NCBI GenBank assembly: GCA_964562985.1
Contig: CAZLWE010000005.1
Location: 3,241-67,240 of the forward strand
Direction: 5' to 3'
DNA: 64,000 nucleotides
Source of the DNA: an uncultured Acidimicrobiales bacterium
Lineage (GTDB): Bacteria > Actinomycetota > Acidimicrobiia > Acidimicrobiales > SHLQ01
Below are positions 1 to 9,535 of the stretch, one piece after another. The notes under the pieces were generated by a model. It searched no databases. It had not been told where the DNA came from and was given only the letters and a program-made list of their open reading frames with translations. A program made the translations under genes and the position numbers. Within the stretch, counting starts at the first letter, position 1. Every line of letters begins with the position of its first letter.

Positions 1-460
1 AGAAGGGCTCTTCGTTCATGTCGTACTGCGGGGCAGGTGCAGGCTGGTTCGCGACCGGGCGTTGTTGCCCACCTCCGCCGCCCTGGCCTTGCCCAGCACC
101 GGGGCCGTTGTATTCGTTGCGGGTCAACTCTGCGGTGGCCCACTTCAGGCTCGGGGCGACATCGTCGGCGACGATCTCTACCTTCGAGCGCTTATCGCCG
201 TCCTGGTTTTGCCACGAACGCTGGTCGAGCCGGCCATATACGACGACACGAGATCCCTTCGTGAGCGAGTCGCTTACGTTCTCGGCCAACTGACGCCAAC
301 AGGTGACGTCGAAATACGAGACCTTGTCCTCTTGACCGTCGCGGCCTTTCATGTTCCATGCCACGCCGAAGTTGGCGACTGCTGCGCCGCCCGGGGTGAA
401 ACGGAGTTCTGGATCGCGGGTGAGGTTTCCGACGATGGTTACGGTGTTATCAAACGCCAT
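1..460 (-). CDS. ssb: single-stranded DNA-binding protein (stop codon runs off the window edge; missing from the ORF track)
   Basis: Manual translation from ATG at 460 gives MAFDNTVTIVGNLTRDPELRFTPGGAAVANFGVA..., then a G/Q-rich linker and the acidic tail YDMNEEPF. It follows rpsF. Confidence 0.97.
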   Translation of the reverse strand, partial: MAFDNTVTIVGNLTRDPELRFTPGGAAVANFGVAWNMKGRDGQEDKVSYFDVTCWRQLAENVSDSLTKGSRVVVYGRLDQRSWQNQDGDKRSKVEIVADDVAPSLKWATAELTRNEYNGPGAGQGQGGGGGQQRPVANQPAPAPQYDMNEEPF

Positions 461-484
461 GGTGTGTACGTGCCTTTCCCGGCC

Positions 485-823
485 TTATGCCGAGCTCGCG
501 GCACCCAGAAGGCCTCGCTTGGCGGCCTCTGACTCTGGGAGCCGAATGATCTTGTGGCGAACTACATCGTCCGCGAGTCGAAGAGCACGATCCTGTGAAG
601 ACAGGTCCTTGTACTCCGGAAGCAGGATCTCGAGCACCACGTAGATGCCTTCCCACTTGTGGTTGATCCGGTAGGCAAAGCGGCGCTTTCCCCAGTGGTC
701 GACCTTGGCTACTGATCCACCTTGGGCTTCTACCGTTTCGGTAATCAGTGTCTTCAAGTGACCATTGAGCGTTGCATCAGCAACGTCGGCGTCAAAAATG
801 ACCATTAATTCGTACGCTCGCAT
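485..823 (-). CDS. rpsF: 30S ribosomal protein S6
   Basis: MRAYELMVIFD...WGKRRFAYRINHKWEGIY...DDVVRHKII; GGGAGGTG SD upstream; rpsF-ssb order. Confidence 0.97.
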   Translation of the reverse strand: MRAYELMVIFDADVADATLNGHLKTLITETVEAQGGSVAKVDHWGKRRFAYRINHKWEGIYVVLEILLPEYKDLSSQDRALRLADDVVRHKIIRLPESEAAKRGLLGAASSA

Positions 824-837
824 GTGGAGCATCACCT

Positions 838-884
838 CCCTGTGGACTCGGTTCTTCACCGAGGCTCCGACTTTCGGAGCAGGG
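838..884 (-). promoter_or_regulatory. putative S6:S18-binding mRNA leader of the rpsF operon
   Basis: On the minus strand CCCTG...CAGGG closes two hairpins (GCTCCGA-AAG-TCGGAGC and CTCGGT-GAAGA-ACCGAG). An unpaired UCCA precedes the 3' strand, which overlaps the SD. Confidence 0.55.
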
Positions 885-1086
885 CATCTGTTTTCAGATT
901 GCTGGCATTCTCAACGATGGTCCGAAGACCACGCCAAAAACGTCAACACCTGATGCTACAAACACCGAGACGGAAATCCGAATTTGGATCGTGCAAACGA
1001 ACCTAGTCGCGCCCTATGACATCTAGCTTGTGGTTGGGTCCGCTGGACAACCCTCGGTCCGCACGTTCAAGGCGGAAACGGCGCCT

Positions 1087-1875
1087 TCAGGTGGCGAGAG
1101 CGGTGTCTTCGCCTTCTTCGCCTTCGGCAAAGACGTTCGCTCGACCGGCGATCACATAGGACGCCCACGCCAGCCCGAGGATCGGCACGCCGTAGATCAG
1201 CGACAAGAACGCAGAAGAAATACCGGGGCTATTCACTGCATTAATGATCCCCACCAGTACTGCCGCGGCTGCACCAGGTGCCAGAATCCACAGCGCCCCG
1301 AGCTGCAGGCGTCGCCGCCAGCGGCCGGTGTATTGAGCGGCTACTAGCAAGAAGAAGCCGACCGGAATGAGCGCGTTCGGAATTTCGGAGGGAATGACCT
1401 CAACAGGGCGAATCGCGGCTAATGCAGGATTGTTCTCGACGAGGATGATCCCGCTGATCGCCCCCACCATCACACAGAACAAGCCGATACGAGGAGCGAC
1501 CGTATCGAGCAGTCTCCCCTCATTGCGCCACATTCCGTAGGCGACGAGCAAAATACCAATCAGGCTCGGTGTTTGCGCGAAGACGATGCTCCAGGCGCTC
1601 TCAAACAGACCGAACCCTAAGAGAAAGAGCACCGGGGGCAGCGCACACAAGGCGGCAATCGCCATTTCTGCATACGCAGTTTCATTCTCTGAGCGAACCT
1701 CAAGAGTGGTTCGAACCGCTGCCGGAAGAAGTGAACCCGCGAAGGCGAAAGCAGCACCAGCACCGTCGCTCTCTCGAACCGCGTGTACCTCAGCCACCCA
1801 CTCCGAAAGGAAGCGCTCGTACAGTCCCCTGGGAAGCAGGACGGCAGCAACGCGGACCAACAAGACCGCAGTCAT
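1087..1875 (-). CDS. hypothetical multi-pass membrane protein
   Basis: 262-aa ORF with about 6 hydrophobic segments; N-terminal RFLSEWVAEVHAV helix. Confidence 0.7.
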   Translation of the reverse strand: MTAVLLVRVAAVLLPRGLYERFLSEWVAEVHAVRESDGAGAAFAFAGSLLPAAVRTTLEVRSENETAYAEMAIAALCALPPVLFLLGFGLFESAWSIVFAQTPSLIGILLVAYGMWRNEGRLLDTVAPRIGLFCVMVGAISGIILVENNPALAAIRPVEVIPSEIPNALIPVGFFLLVAAQYTGRWRRRLQLGALWILAPGAAAAVLVGIINAVNSPGISSAFLSLIYGVPILGLAWASYVIAGRANVFAEGEEGEDTALAT

Positions 1876-1973
1876 TTATGGTTCCTCGCGGACGGCATCC
1901 CCCAATCTTAGTGGAACTGGCCGCTTGCACCGTGAACACTCAGAACTTGCAATCCAGGCGTCCGACGCCTGCA

Positions 1974-2312
1974 TCAAGACGGTGTTCCGGCCACACTCCA
2001 GTCGATGGGGATGAGGTGCCCACAAGCGCAGCGGAAGTTGCCCGGACGCATGTCGTCACGATCCATCCAGCGAACGTGCATCACCATCTCCAAGGTTTCG
2101 CACCACACCGAATCGATGATCGAGTCGCGTTCATCCTCTTCGGGATACATCGCGACGCGAAGCTTGTGCATGCGGTCGCGCGCCTTGTCGAGTTCGACCC
2201 GCGCCTCGGCCTTCTCTCGCCAGGTCGCGCCGCGACGATTGAGAATGTCGTTGTGGTGACGCCACCGGCACAACAAATCGTCGAATGCAGCTTCTACCGC
2301 GAAATGCAGCAT
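1974..2312 (-). CDS. small hypothetical protein with a CxCxH motif
   Basis: 112-aa ORF fills the gap between co-oriented genes; FRCACGH near the C-terminus. Confidence 0.55.
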   Translation of the reverse strand: MLHFAVEAAFDDLLCRWRHHNDILNRRGATWREKAEARVELDKARDRMHKLRVAMYPEEDERDSIIDSVWCETLEMVMHVRWMDRDDMRPGNFRCACGHLIPIDWSVAGTPS

Positions 2313-2399
2313 GGGGGCGATTCTAGGTCAACAAAAGCGCACACGTCTGACCGCGGCGCGAGCACCAAGATCCCCGAAGGCAACGACAACGGCTCGGAG

Positions 2400-4472
2400 C
2401 TAGTCTCCCGAGAGCTGCGACAAGAGATAGGTGAACTCAAGCGCGGTCCGCTTTGCAGCCTCGGTTTGGTTGGCCGCAGCCGAGTGGCCACCGTCGATGT
2501 TCTCGTAGTACCAAAATGCCAAATCAGCCTCTTCGAACAACTTGGCCAGTTTGCGGGCGTGGCCGGGATGGACTCGATCGTCCTTGGTGGAGGTCACAAA
2601 CAGCGGTGTCGGGTACGGGAGCGTCGGATCGAAGTTGTGGTACGGCGAGATGGTCTCGAGGAAGGCTCGCTCGACAGGATCGTCGGGTGAGCCGTACTCG
2701 TCGACCCACGAGGCTCCCGCCAACAACAGGTGGTATCGCAACATGTCGAGCAATGGCACCTGGCAGACCACCGCGTTCCAAAGATCGGGGCGCTGGTTCA
2801 ACATGACCCCCATCAACAGCCCACCATTTGAGCCGCCCATGATCCCGAGGTGATCAGAGGAGGTAAGCCCTGTTGAAACCAGCGACTCGCCAACCGCGAT
2901 GAAGTCGTCGAAGACACGCTGACGCTGCGTCGTGAGGCCGGCCTGGTGCCAGGCGGGACCGAACTCGCCTCCGCCGCGAATGTTCGCGAGAACGAATGCG
3001 CCGCCTCGAGCAAGCCAGTTGCGGCCGATGTTGCCGCTGTAGGAAGGGTTGAGCGAAACCTGGAACCCGCCATAGCCATAGAGCAGTGTCGGAGTGGTTC
3101 CGTCGAGTTCGATGTCGGCGCGCCGCACGACGAAGTACGGCACGGTTGTTCCATCTACCGACGCTGCGCTGTGTTGCTCCACCATGAGTCCGTCAGCATC
3201 GAATCGTGCGGGCAACGTCTTCAGTGTGTCGACCTGTGCCGTGCTGCTGTCGAGCGCCAGCAACGACGTCGGGGTCAGGAAGTCTTCGTAATTGAGCAAC
3301 ACCGTCTGCTCACGCAGATCCGAGAACGCAATGCTGACGTCGCCCGTGCCGGGAAGGTCGATCGGTGTGGTCGACCATCCACCGTCGGACGGCTCGAGCT
3401 GCAAGACCTGGCCGACCACGTTGTCGGTAATAGCCAACAGGGTGGATCCGCTCGCTACCGCTACCCCACCGACCGCCTGGGTTTCGGACGGACGAAACAC
3501 CAGCTCAACCGGCGGAAGTGCATGTGTGTCGAGGAACGCGTCGAGATCGAACGCCACAAGGTCGCCGGTCACAAAGGATTCGTCCTGGGGTTGCCAGTCC
3601 TGCTCCAACGACAGAAGCAATCGTCCATGCGAAACCCCGTTTGGGCTCGACTTTGGCGGAATCGGGAACTGCACCGGTTCGCCGTCGGTGAAGAGCCAGT
3701 AGGTCGAGGTGAAGAAGGTGTCGGCTTGTGTTGCCCCGCTGAGAAGGCTGCCGTCCTCCAGCTCGATGGTGAATGGGAAGACACCTACGTCGGTCGGTGT
3801 GCCGCGCAATATCTCCACAGCCTCTGTCAGCGGAGTGCCTCGCACCCAACGCTTCACGATGAAGGGGTAGCCCGATTCGGTAACGGTTAGTTCCGCCTCG
3901 TCGGCCCAGTCGGTGGCGATGAGGACCGCATCTTCGTCGACCCACATCGCACCCTGCTTGGCTTCGGGAGTGACGAAACCGTCGGACACGAAGGACTTGC
4001 TGTCGATGTCGAACTCTCGTTGGACGATTGCGTCCTTGCCACCATCAGACAACGACAGCAGTGCCTTGGTAGCCGGTCCGCTCGGTGGACGAAATACGTT
4101 CGCGCCTTTGAATACCCAGTTGGCATCTTCGGACTCCGCGAGCGCGTCGATGTCGAGGATCGTTTCCCACTCGGGATCAACGCTGCGGTAGCTGTCGAGC
4201 GGCGTTCGGCGCCATAGGCCACGAACGTTCTGTTCGTCTTGCCAGAAGTTGTAGACCATGCCGTCACGGATCGATCCGTAGGGGATGCGGTCTTGCGCGG
4301 TCATTACTTCGAGGGCGGCTGCCTCGATCTCGGCGTAGTTCGGGTCGGACTGCAGCGCAGCGAGCGTGCGCTCGTTCTGCGCTCGGACCCAGGCCAGAGC
4401 CTCGTCGCCCTCCACCTCTTCGAGCCACAGGTGGGTCTCGTCGGATGTACTGGTGCGGGTCTCGTCGCTCAC
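2400..4472 (-). CDS. prolyl oligopeptidase (peptidase S9A)
   Basis: GGSNGGLL nucleophile motif, DDRVHPGH, GGH; LYGYGGF and NIRGGGEFG family motifs. Confidence 0.95.
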   Translation of the reverse strand: MSDETRTSTSDETHLWLEEVEGDEALAWVRAQNERTLAALQSDPNYAEIEAAALEVMTAQDRIPYGSIRDGMVYNFWQDEQNVRGLWRRTPLDSYRSVDPEWETILDIDALAESEDANWVFKGANVFRPPSGPATKALLSLSDGGKDAIVQREFDIDSKSFVSDGFVTPEAKQGAMWVDEDAVLIATDWADEAELTVTESGYPFIVKRWVRGTPLTEAVEILRGTPTDVGVFPFTIELEDGSLLSGATQADTFFTSTYWLFTDGEPVQFPIPPKSSPNGVSHGRLLLSLEQDWQPQDESFVTGDLVAFDLDAFLDTHALPPVELVFRPSETQAVGGVAVASGSTLLAITDNVVGQVLQLEPSDGGWSTTPIDLPGTGDVSIAFSDLREQTVLLNYEDFLTPTSLLALDSSTAQVDTLKTLPARFDADGLMVEQHSAASVDGTTVPYFVVRRADIELDGTTPTLLYGYGGFQVSLNPSYSGNIGRNWLARGGAFVLANIRGGGEFGPAWHQAGLTTQRQRVFDDFIAVGESLVSTGLTSSDHLGIMGGSNGGLLMGVMLNQRPDLWNAVVCQVPLLDMLRYHLLLAGASWVDEYGSPDDPVERAFLETISPYHNFDPTLPYPTPLFVTSTKDDRVHPGHARKLAKLFEEADLAFWYYENIDGGHSAAANQTEAAKRTALEFTYLLSQLSGD

Positions 4473-4481
4473 GTTCGCAGG

Positions 4482-5183
4482 CTACTCCCGCCCGTGCGCG
4501 GCTTCGCCTACGGCGAATAGCTCGATCAGATCCGTGAATCGCTCACGATGGATCAAGCGCGGGTGATCGGGCATCTCTGCGAGTTCCAGGCTCCACGTGT
4601 GGTCATGAGGGATGTGTACCGCCCCCAGCCCGACTTCGAGCGCAGGGATGATGTCGGAGCGAGGTGAGTTGCCGATCATCCATGAGTCGGCGGAATCCAC
4701 ATTGTGCTCAGAGACGACCCGGGTGTACTCAGCCGGGGTCTTCTCGACCAGGATCTCCACCGCTTCGAAGTACTTGGCGAGTCCGGTTCGTTCCACCTTC
4801 GAGCTCTGCTCGTCGTGGTTTCCCTTCGTTACCAGGATCAGACGATTCGATTCCTTGAGTGTCGTCAGGGTCTCCTCCACCCCGTCATAGGGCTCCAATT
4901 GCTCCCATTGCAGCGGACGCACCAATTGGGAGATGTGATCGCGATCCTTATCGGTCGGTTCCCGATCGGCGAACTTGCGGACCCCTTCGATCAATGAATG
5001 CTCGAAGGTCACTCGGCCGTAGCCATAGGTAACCGCGAACGCCTTTTGGATCTGGTCGAGTTCGAGGTTGATCCAGCCCGGGTCCTGGTCGGGGGCAATC
5101 CAGTTCGCGTACCGTTCGTTGATCGCATAGAAGACGGTGATGTTCTCCCACAGCGTGTCGTCGGCATCGATCAACAGGGTCAT
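4482..5183 (-). CDS. HAD-superfamily hydrolase
   Basis: DADDTLW motif I, VTKG motif II, K, and MIGNSPRSDI motif IV. Confidence 0.9.
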   Translation of the reverse strand: MTLLIDADDTLWENITVFYAINERYANWIAPDQDPGWINLELDQIQKAFAVTYGYGRVTFEHSLIEGVRKFADREPTDKDRDHISQLVRPLQWEQLEPYDGVEETLTTLKESNRLILVTKGNHDEQSSKVERTGLAKYFEAVEILVEKTPAEYTRVVSEHNVDSADSWMIGNSPRSDIIPALEVGLGAVHIPHDHTWSLELAEMPDHPRLIHRERFTDLIELFAVGEAAHGRE

Positions 5184-6415
5184 GTCGCCTCCTCAACCTC
5201 AGAGGACCGCGCGGCGAGAACCGCACACAAGGCGCCACCGGTGAAGACCAGGAAGCCAACGCCGAAGGCGGTCACCGTAGTGGTGATGAACCCATCGATG
5301 ATCGACCCAAGGATCCCTCCGAAGATAAACACGATCGCGCCGGTCACCGACGAGGCCGTACCGGCAATCGCTCCCATCGGAGCCATCGACAGCGTTTGCA
5401 TCAGCGGGGTCGTCGCGGAGTTCGTGGCGGTGAGGATCGTCACGAGAGCGAACCATAACCAGAACGATGGAACGCCACCGGAGCCGAGTGAGATGACTAC
5501 GTACACGGCCGAAGTCACGACAACTGCCACCATCATCGAGAGCAACACCCGATGTGTCCCGACGCGGGCAACAGCTCGAGCGCTCAACGTAATCGTGACC
5601 GCCATGAGCGCAGCGTTCAATCCGAAGAAGAAGGCGAACTGTGAGCCTCGCCCGAAGATCGTGCCGATGATCTGCGTGGAGCTGCCGAGCCACGGGAAGA
5701 ACGCTCCGTAGGCCAGCGTCGTGGCCAACGTGTAGAGCATGGTGTGACGATTCGTCGCCACCGTCTTGGCCGCGCGTGCAACCCGGCCAAACTCCAAAGG
5801 CAAGACGCTTTCGGGCTCGAGGGTCTCCGTCAGGCGGGAGAACCACAACCCTCCGGCAATCGCGAGTACCGCTGCTGCTGCGGTGGTAAGGCGCCACGAG
5901 CCAAACACCAATAGCAACTCGCCAAGTCCAGGGGCGAGAATCGGCACAAGCAGAAACACCGCAATGACGAATGACATGATGCGAGACATCACGTCGCCCT
6001 CGTAGGAATCGCGAACGATCGCGAGGATGACCGTTCGAGGGCCTGCTGCCGCGGCTCCCCACAACACCCGTCCCGCCAGAAACACCCCGAACGAGGACGC
6101 AAAGGTCGAGGCCAGCGCACCAATGACGATCAACGCGAGGGCCGAGTACATCACGGGCTTGCGACCGAAGCGATCGGCCAACGGCCCCCACACCAACGTT
6201 GCGACGCCCATAGCCACAAAGAAGACGGTGATGCTGAGCGAAATGGGCGAGTCGATCGGATCGAGACTGAACTCGGCCTCAATCTCATCGAAGGCCGGGA
6301 GGATCGTGTCGATGCTGATCGCGATCGTCGCCATGAGCATCGACATCATCGCAATGAACTCTCTGCGGGCCAGGCCATGACCACTCTCCGCTTGTGTGTC
6401 CGTCACGTCGACCAT
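5180..6415 (-). CDS. MFS efflux transporter, Bcr/CflA family
   Basis: About 12 TM segments; GPLADRFGRKPV motif A; AISIDTILPAF N-terminus; ATGA overlap with the HAD gene. Confidence 0.92.
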   Translation of the reverse strand: MVDVTDTQAESGHGLARREFIAMMSMLMATIAISIDTILPAFDEIEAEFSLDPIDSPISLSITVFFVAMGVATLVWGPLADRFGRKPVMYSALALIVIGALASTFASSFGVFLAGRVLWGAAAAGPRTVILAIVRDSYEGDVMSRIMSFVIAVFLLVPILAPGLGELLLVFGSWRLTTAAAAVLAIAGGLWFSRLTETLEPESVLPLEFGRVARAAKTVATNRHTMLYTLATTLAYGAFFPWLGSSTQIIGTIFGRGSQFAFFFGLNAALMAVTITLSARAVARVGTHRVLLSMMVAVVVTSAVYVVISLGSGGVPSFWLWFALVTILTATNSATTPLMQTLSMAPMGAIAGTASSVTGAIVFIFGGILGSIIDGFITTTVTAFGVGFLVFTGGALCAVLAARSSEVEEAT

Positions 6416-6546
6416 CGGGTGAGCCTAACGGTGACTCGATCCCGGGTGGCCGCCACCTCGTTGCTCATCGGCACACCAGCGAGGTCGAAGTCTGAATCAC
6501 CGACAGTTCGTGGTTACATAGAGCGAGCCAGGAGGAGGCCGGGGCG

Positions 6547-7101
6547 ATGGTGAATACCGCGGACAATCGATTCCCCTCTACGACGTGGGGTCTGGTCTCC
6601 AAGTTGCTCGTCGACGGGTTGTTCGCGTCGCTCGCCATCATCTTGATCACGATTGTCGCCGCACGAATCTTCAGCTTTCCCCCAGATGTCTTCTTTGACG
6701 GCACATCGACCGCTGGCGCGACAGCGATCAACGCGTTCGTCGGGATCGCGTTCCTCGGCGGCGCCCTCGCCCTCATCGCGCTCGGGTACCTGACGGGTCC
6801 GTTCAAGCTGGTGTTTCACATCGCCGCAATTTTGGTGATCGCCATCACAGCAATCGGATCGCTGTCCGCCGGATTCGACCGGCAGACGGATTCCTTGGGT
6901 GTCCCTACGGAAATGGCGGACCTCGTAACCGGATTCTCCGCAATGAGCGCAGCGATATGTGCGACATTTGTGTGGAAACGCGCTCGACAATTCTGGGCAG
7001 GGTTCCCAGACGCAGACGACACGGCTGCACCTCAAGACGAGGTGCGAGAGGTAAACACCGACCTGCCACCTTTCCCCCCCACCTTGTCCGACGACAACTA
7101 A
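6547..7101 (+). CDS. hypothetical membrane protein (about 4 TM)
   Basis: 184-aa hydrophobic ORF with a strong AGGAGGAGG SD. Confidence 0.75.
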   Translation: MVNTADNRFPSTTWGLVSKLLVDGLFASLAIILITIVAARIFSFPPDVFFDGTSTAGATAINAFVGIAFLGGALALIALGYLTGPFKLVFHIAAILVIAITAIGSLSAGFDRQTDSLGVPTEMADLVTGFSAMSAAICATFVWKRARQFWAGFPDADDTAAPQDEVREVNTDLPPFPPTLSDDN

Positions 7102-7143
7102 GCGCGGCTCACAAAATGCAGACACCGCATCAGGCGTCTGGGG

Positions 7144-8424
7144 TTAACGCCAGATGCGAAGGGTGGTGCCCGCACCAGCAGCAATAACAGATTCACCGAA
7201 GCTCGACACGGCGATATTGGAGGTGAGAATGCCAGGTAGGGGCACTTCCACCACCGTCGCCCAGCCGCCGGCATCATTCGTGCGGGTCATACCGATAAGG
7301 CGGTCACGATCGAATGCCGAGACCAGCGCGTCGGGTGCGCCGTCTTCGTTCACGTCGAGCGCGACTCCCATGTCGAGGTTGCGAGTTCTGATTGGATGCG
7401 ACGTGAATGCACCTGCCGATGCAGCAACACGTTCGAGGCTCGCTCCCCCGTCATTTTCGACGAGTTGGAATGCTTGAAGGATTCCGCCGATATGTGGTGT
7501 CTGCACATCGAGTATCTCCGGTTGGCCCTCGGGCCCGAAAGGGCCGATAGCGAGTTGATTGCGCCATCGGTTTCCCTGACCGATAGGTGCAGATTCGGCC
7601 AGTAGGGATCCATCGAGCTCATACACCGCCAAGCGAGCACCGCCGCTCGAATTCGACAGCGTCACCACCACTTCGACCGAGCCGTCGGCATCGATGTCGA
7701 CGAGTATCGGCGCAATGCCCTCGATCACGTCGACCTCGGGTACGACGATCCGTCCTGAGGTGTCGTCACACAAGTTCACCCACTCGACGGCAGCCGCTTC
7801 AATCGCGTCGCCGAGCACATTGTGGGCATATCGATCTGTCGGGTCAGCGAGCACGGCGAGGATCGGACCGCCGCGCACGACGCGTCCGTCGGGCAATGGA
7901 TTGTCGAAGCGATCGTGGTCGTCGAATGCCGTGCCGATCGTGCCGTCCGCCTCGACAACCGACGGGGTCGCCCCGACCGATCCGAGATCGATTACTTCAC
8001 CAGCGGCGGTCACCTGGTGGGCTGTCTGGTCCGTGGTGGTCACCAACCAACCGCCGTCCGGCGAAGGCACAACCCACTCGATCGTTGACGGCAGGACGAC
8101 ATCGACCACTGTCGCGGTGGCCAAATCGATCACCGCATCACTCAATCGGTTACCGCTGCTGCGCACATCGACTCGGCCTTGGATGGGTGGCGTCGTGCAA
8201 GCCACGGGCTCCGGAGGCGCCTGGGTCGTGATGATCGACTCAACCGGGTCGGACGGAGGCGTGGTCGTTGCGGCGGTGGTCGGCACCAGACTCTCCGCCG
8301 TTGGAGGTGTGTCGCCAGCTTGGTCGCCCGGCGCGCTGGCACAAGCAGCAACGATCAAGCCAGCACAGACGAGCATGGCCAGCGAACGAACTCGCACTAT
8401 CGACTCCTCTCGCAAGTCGAGCAA
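7144..8424 (-). CDS. lipoprotein with FG-GAP/VCBS-like Ca-binding repeats
   Basis: Lipobox IVAAC, T/P-rich linker, DIDADGSVEVV and DVNEDGAPDAL motifs. Confidence 0.75.
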   Translation of the reverse strand: MLDLREESIVRVRSLAMLVCAGLIVAACASAPGDQAGDTPPTAESLVPTTAATTTPPSDPVESIITTQAPPEPVACTTPPIQGRVDVRSSGNRLSDAVIDLATATVVDVVLPSTIEWVVPSPDGGWLVTTTDQTAHQVTAAGEVIDLGSVGATPSVVEADGTIGTAFDDHDRFDNPLPDGRVVRGGPILAVLADPTDRYAHNVLGDAIEAAAVEWVNLCDDTSGRIVVPEVDVIEGIAPILVDIDADGSVEVVVTLSNSSGGARLAVYELDGSLLAESAPIGQGNRWRNQLAIGPFGPEGQPEILDVQTPHIGGILQAFQLVENDGGASLERVAASAGAFTSHPIRTRNLDMGVALDVNEDGAPDALVSAFDRDRLIGMTRTNDAGGWATVVEVPLPGILTSNIAVSSFGESVIAAGAGTTLRIWR

Positions 8425-8428
8425 GAGG

Positions 8429-8635
8429 TTAGCCCTCGGCTACCTCTTCTGGTGCGTCGCCCTCCACGACTGACTCAGAGGATTCTTCGGTCTTGTCCTT
8501 CTCGAAGTTGTCCTCGTGGTTTACGGCGGTCACGACACCGAAGCCGGCGAGGATCGAAGCGGAGAAGACGAGGCCAGCGACCGTGGCTTTCCAACCATGG
8601 TCGGGCTTTGGTTCGGGCGCTGCGGGTCCAGCCAT
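8429..8635 (-). CDS. small single-pass membrane protein
   Basis: 68 aa; one TM and an acidic tail; sits between co-oriented genes. Confidence 0.6.
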   Translation of the reverse strand: MAGPAAPEPKPDHGWKATVAGLVFSASILAGFGVVTAVNHEDNFEKDKTEESSESVVEGDAPEEVAEG

Positions 8636-8706
8636 TCGAGTCCTTCTTTCGAACGAGTGCTACGAAAAGAGTACCGGGAGATGCATCAGAACTAGGCGCG
8701 TTGGCG

Positions 8707-9450
8707 CTAGTCGTTGTCAGGGAGGTGTGCGGCTCGCGCTCCTCCCTGCCAGTCTTCGAACTCGGGCGCATCGCTGAGTTCACCAAATACTCGTAGTTGT
8801 GGCTTCTCGCGCAACGACCGCTTCATCTCCGCGAAACCTGGATAGGCAGCCAGCGTGGTTACCGATTCCCAGAGTGGCACCGCCTCCTCGTCGGACGGGA
8901 TTCGGCTCAACACGGGCCCAAAGAATGACAATCCATCGGGTGGCTGGAAGGTAATGATCGGCGTACCGACCTCACGACCGGTGCGAGACAGCGCCATCTC
9001 GGTCTCGGTCTCGATGAGCTCGTCCCATGATTCGTCGTCTGCCGCGCTCGCATAACTCGTAGGGAGCCCGGCACGTTCGAGGGCGGCCTCGATCATCGGA
9101 ATCGTGCCTAGCGCGAGGCGATATTCCTCGTTAGGTTCCGCATCAAAGCTCGGGCCGGAGAACTCCGCATAGAGCGGACCGACCGGCTCAATCCCGAGAT
9201 CTTCGCGAACCGCAGCGCATACCCGAAGCATGCGCAACCCAGCGGTGTGGCCGTGCTCGTATTCCGGCGGGAAGTCCGTGGCGTAGTCCTTGTCCTTGTT
9301 CAGTATTCGCAACGATATGAACCGCCAATCGACGGAGAGGTCGGTTTGGGATCCGACCTTCTCGATCCATCGAGACGTGATCCATGCAAATGGACACACC
9401 GGATCGAAGAAGAACTCAATATCTGCCGCAGCCGTTTGTGAGGAGGTCAT
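8707..9450 (-). CDS. DsbA-fold mycothiol-dependent reductase, Rv2466c-like
   Basis: FFFDPVCPFAWITSRWI, GTPII, FFGPVLSRIP, FAEMKRS family motifs. Confidence 0.85.
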   Translation of the reverse strand: MTSSQTAAADIEFFFDPVCPFAWITSRWIEKVGSQTDLSVDWRFISLRILNKDKDYATDFPPEYEHGHTAGLRMLRVCAAVREDLGIEPVGPLYAEFSGPSFDAEPNEEYRLALGTIPMIEAALERAGLPTSYASAADDESWDELIETETEMALSRTGREVGTPIITFQPPDGLSFFGPVLSRIPSDEEAVPLWESVTTLAAYPGFAEMKRSLREKPQLRVFGELSDAPEFEDWQGGARAAHLPDND

Positions 9451-9535
9451 GGTGGTGTTTCTATCACCAGATTCGATCAAGGTTTTGGCCGAAGTGGCCG
9501 ATGTTTTGGGCTGCTACGGAAGTTGGGGATGGCAA

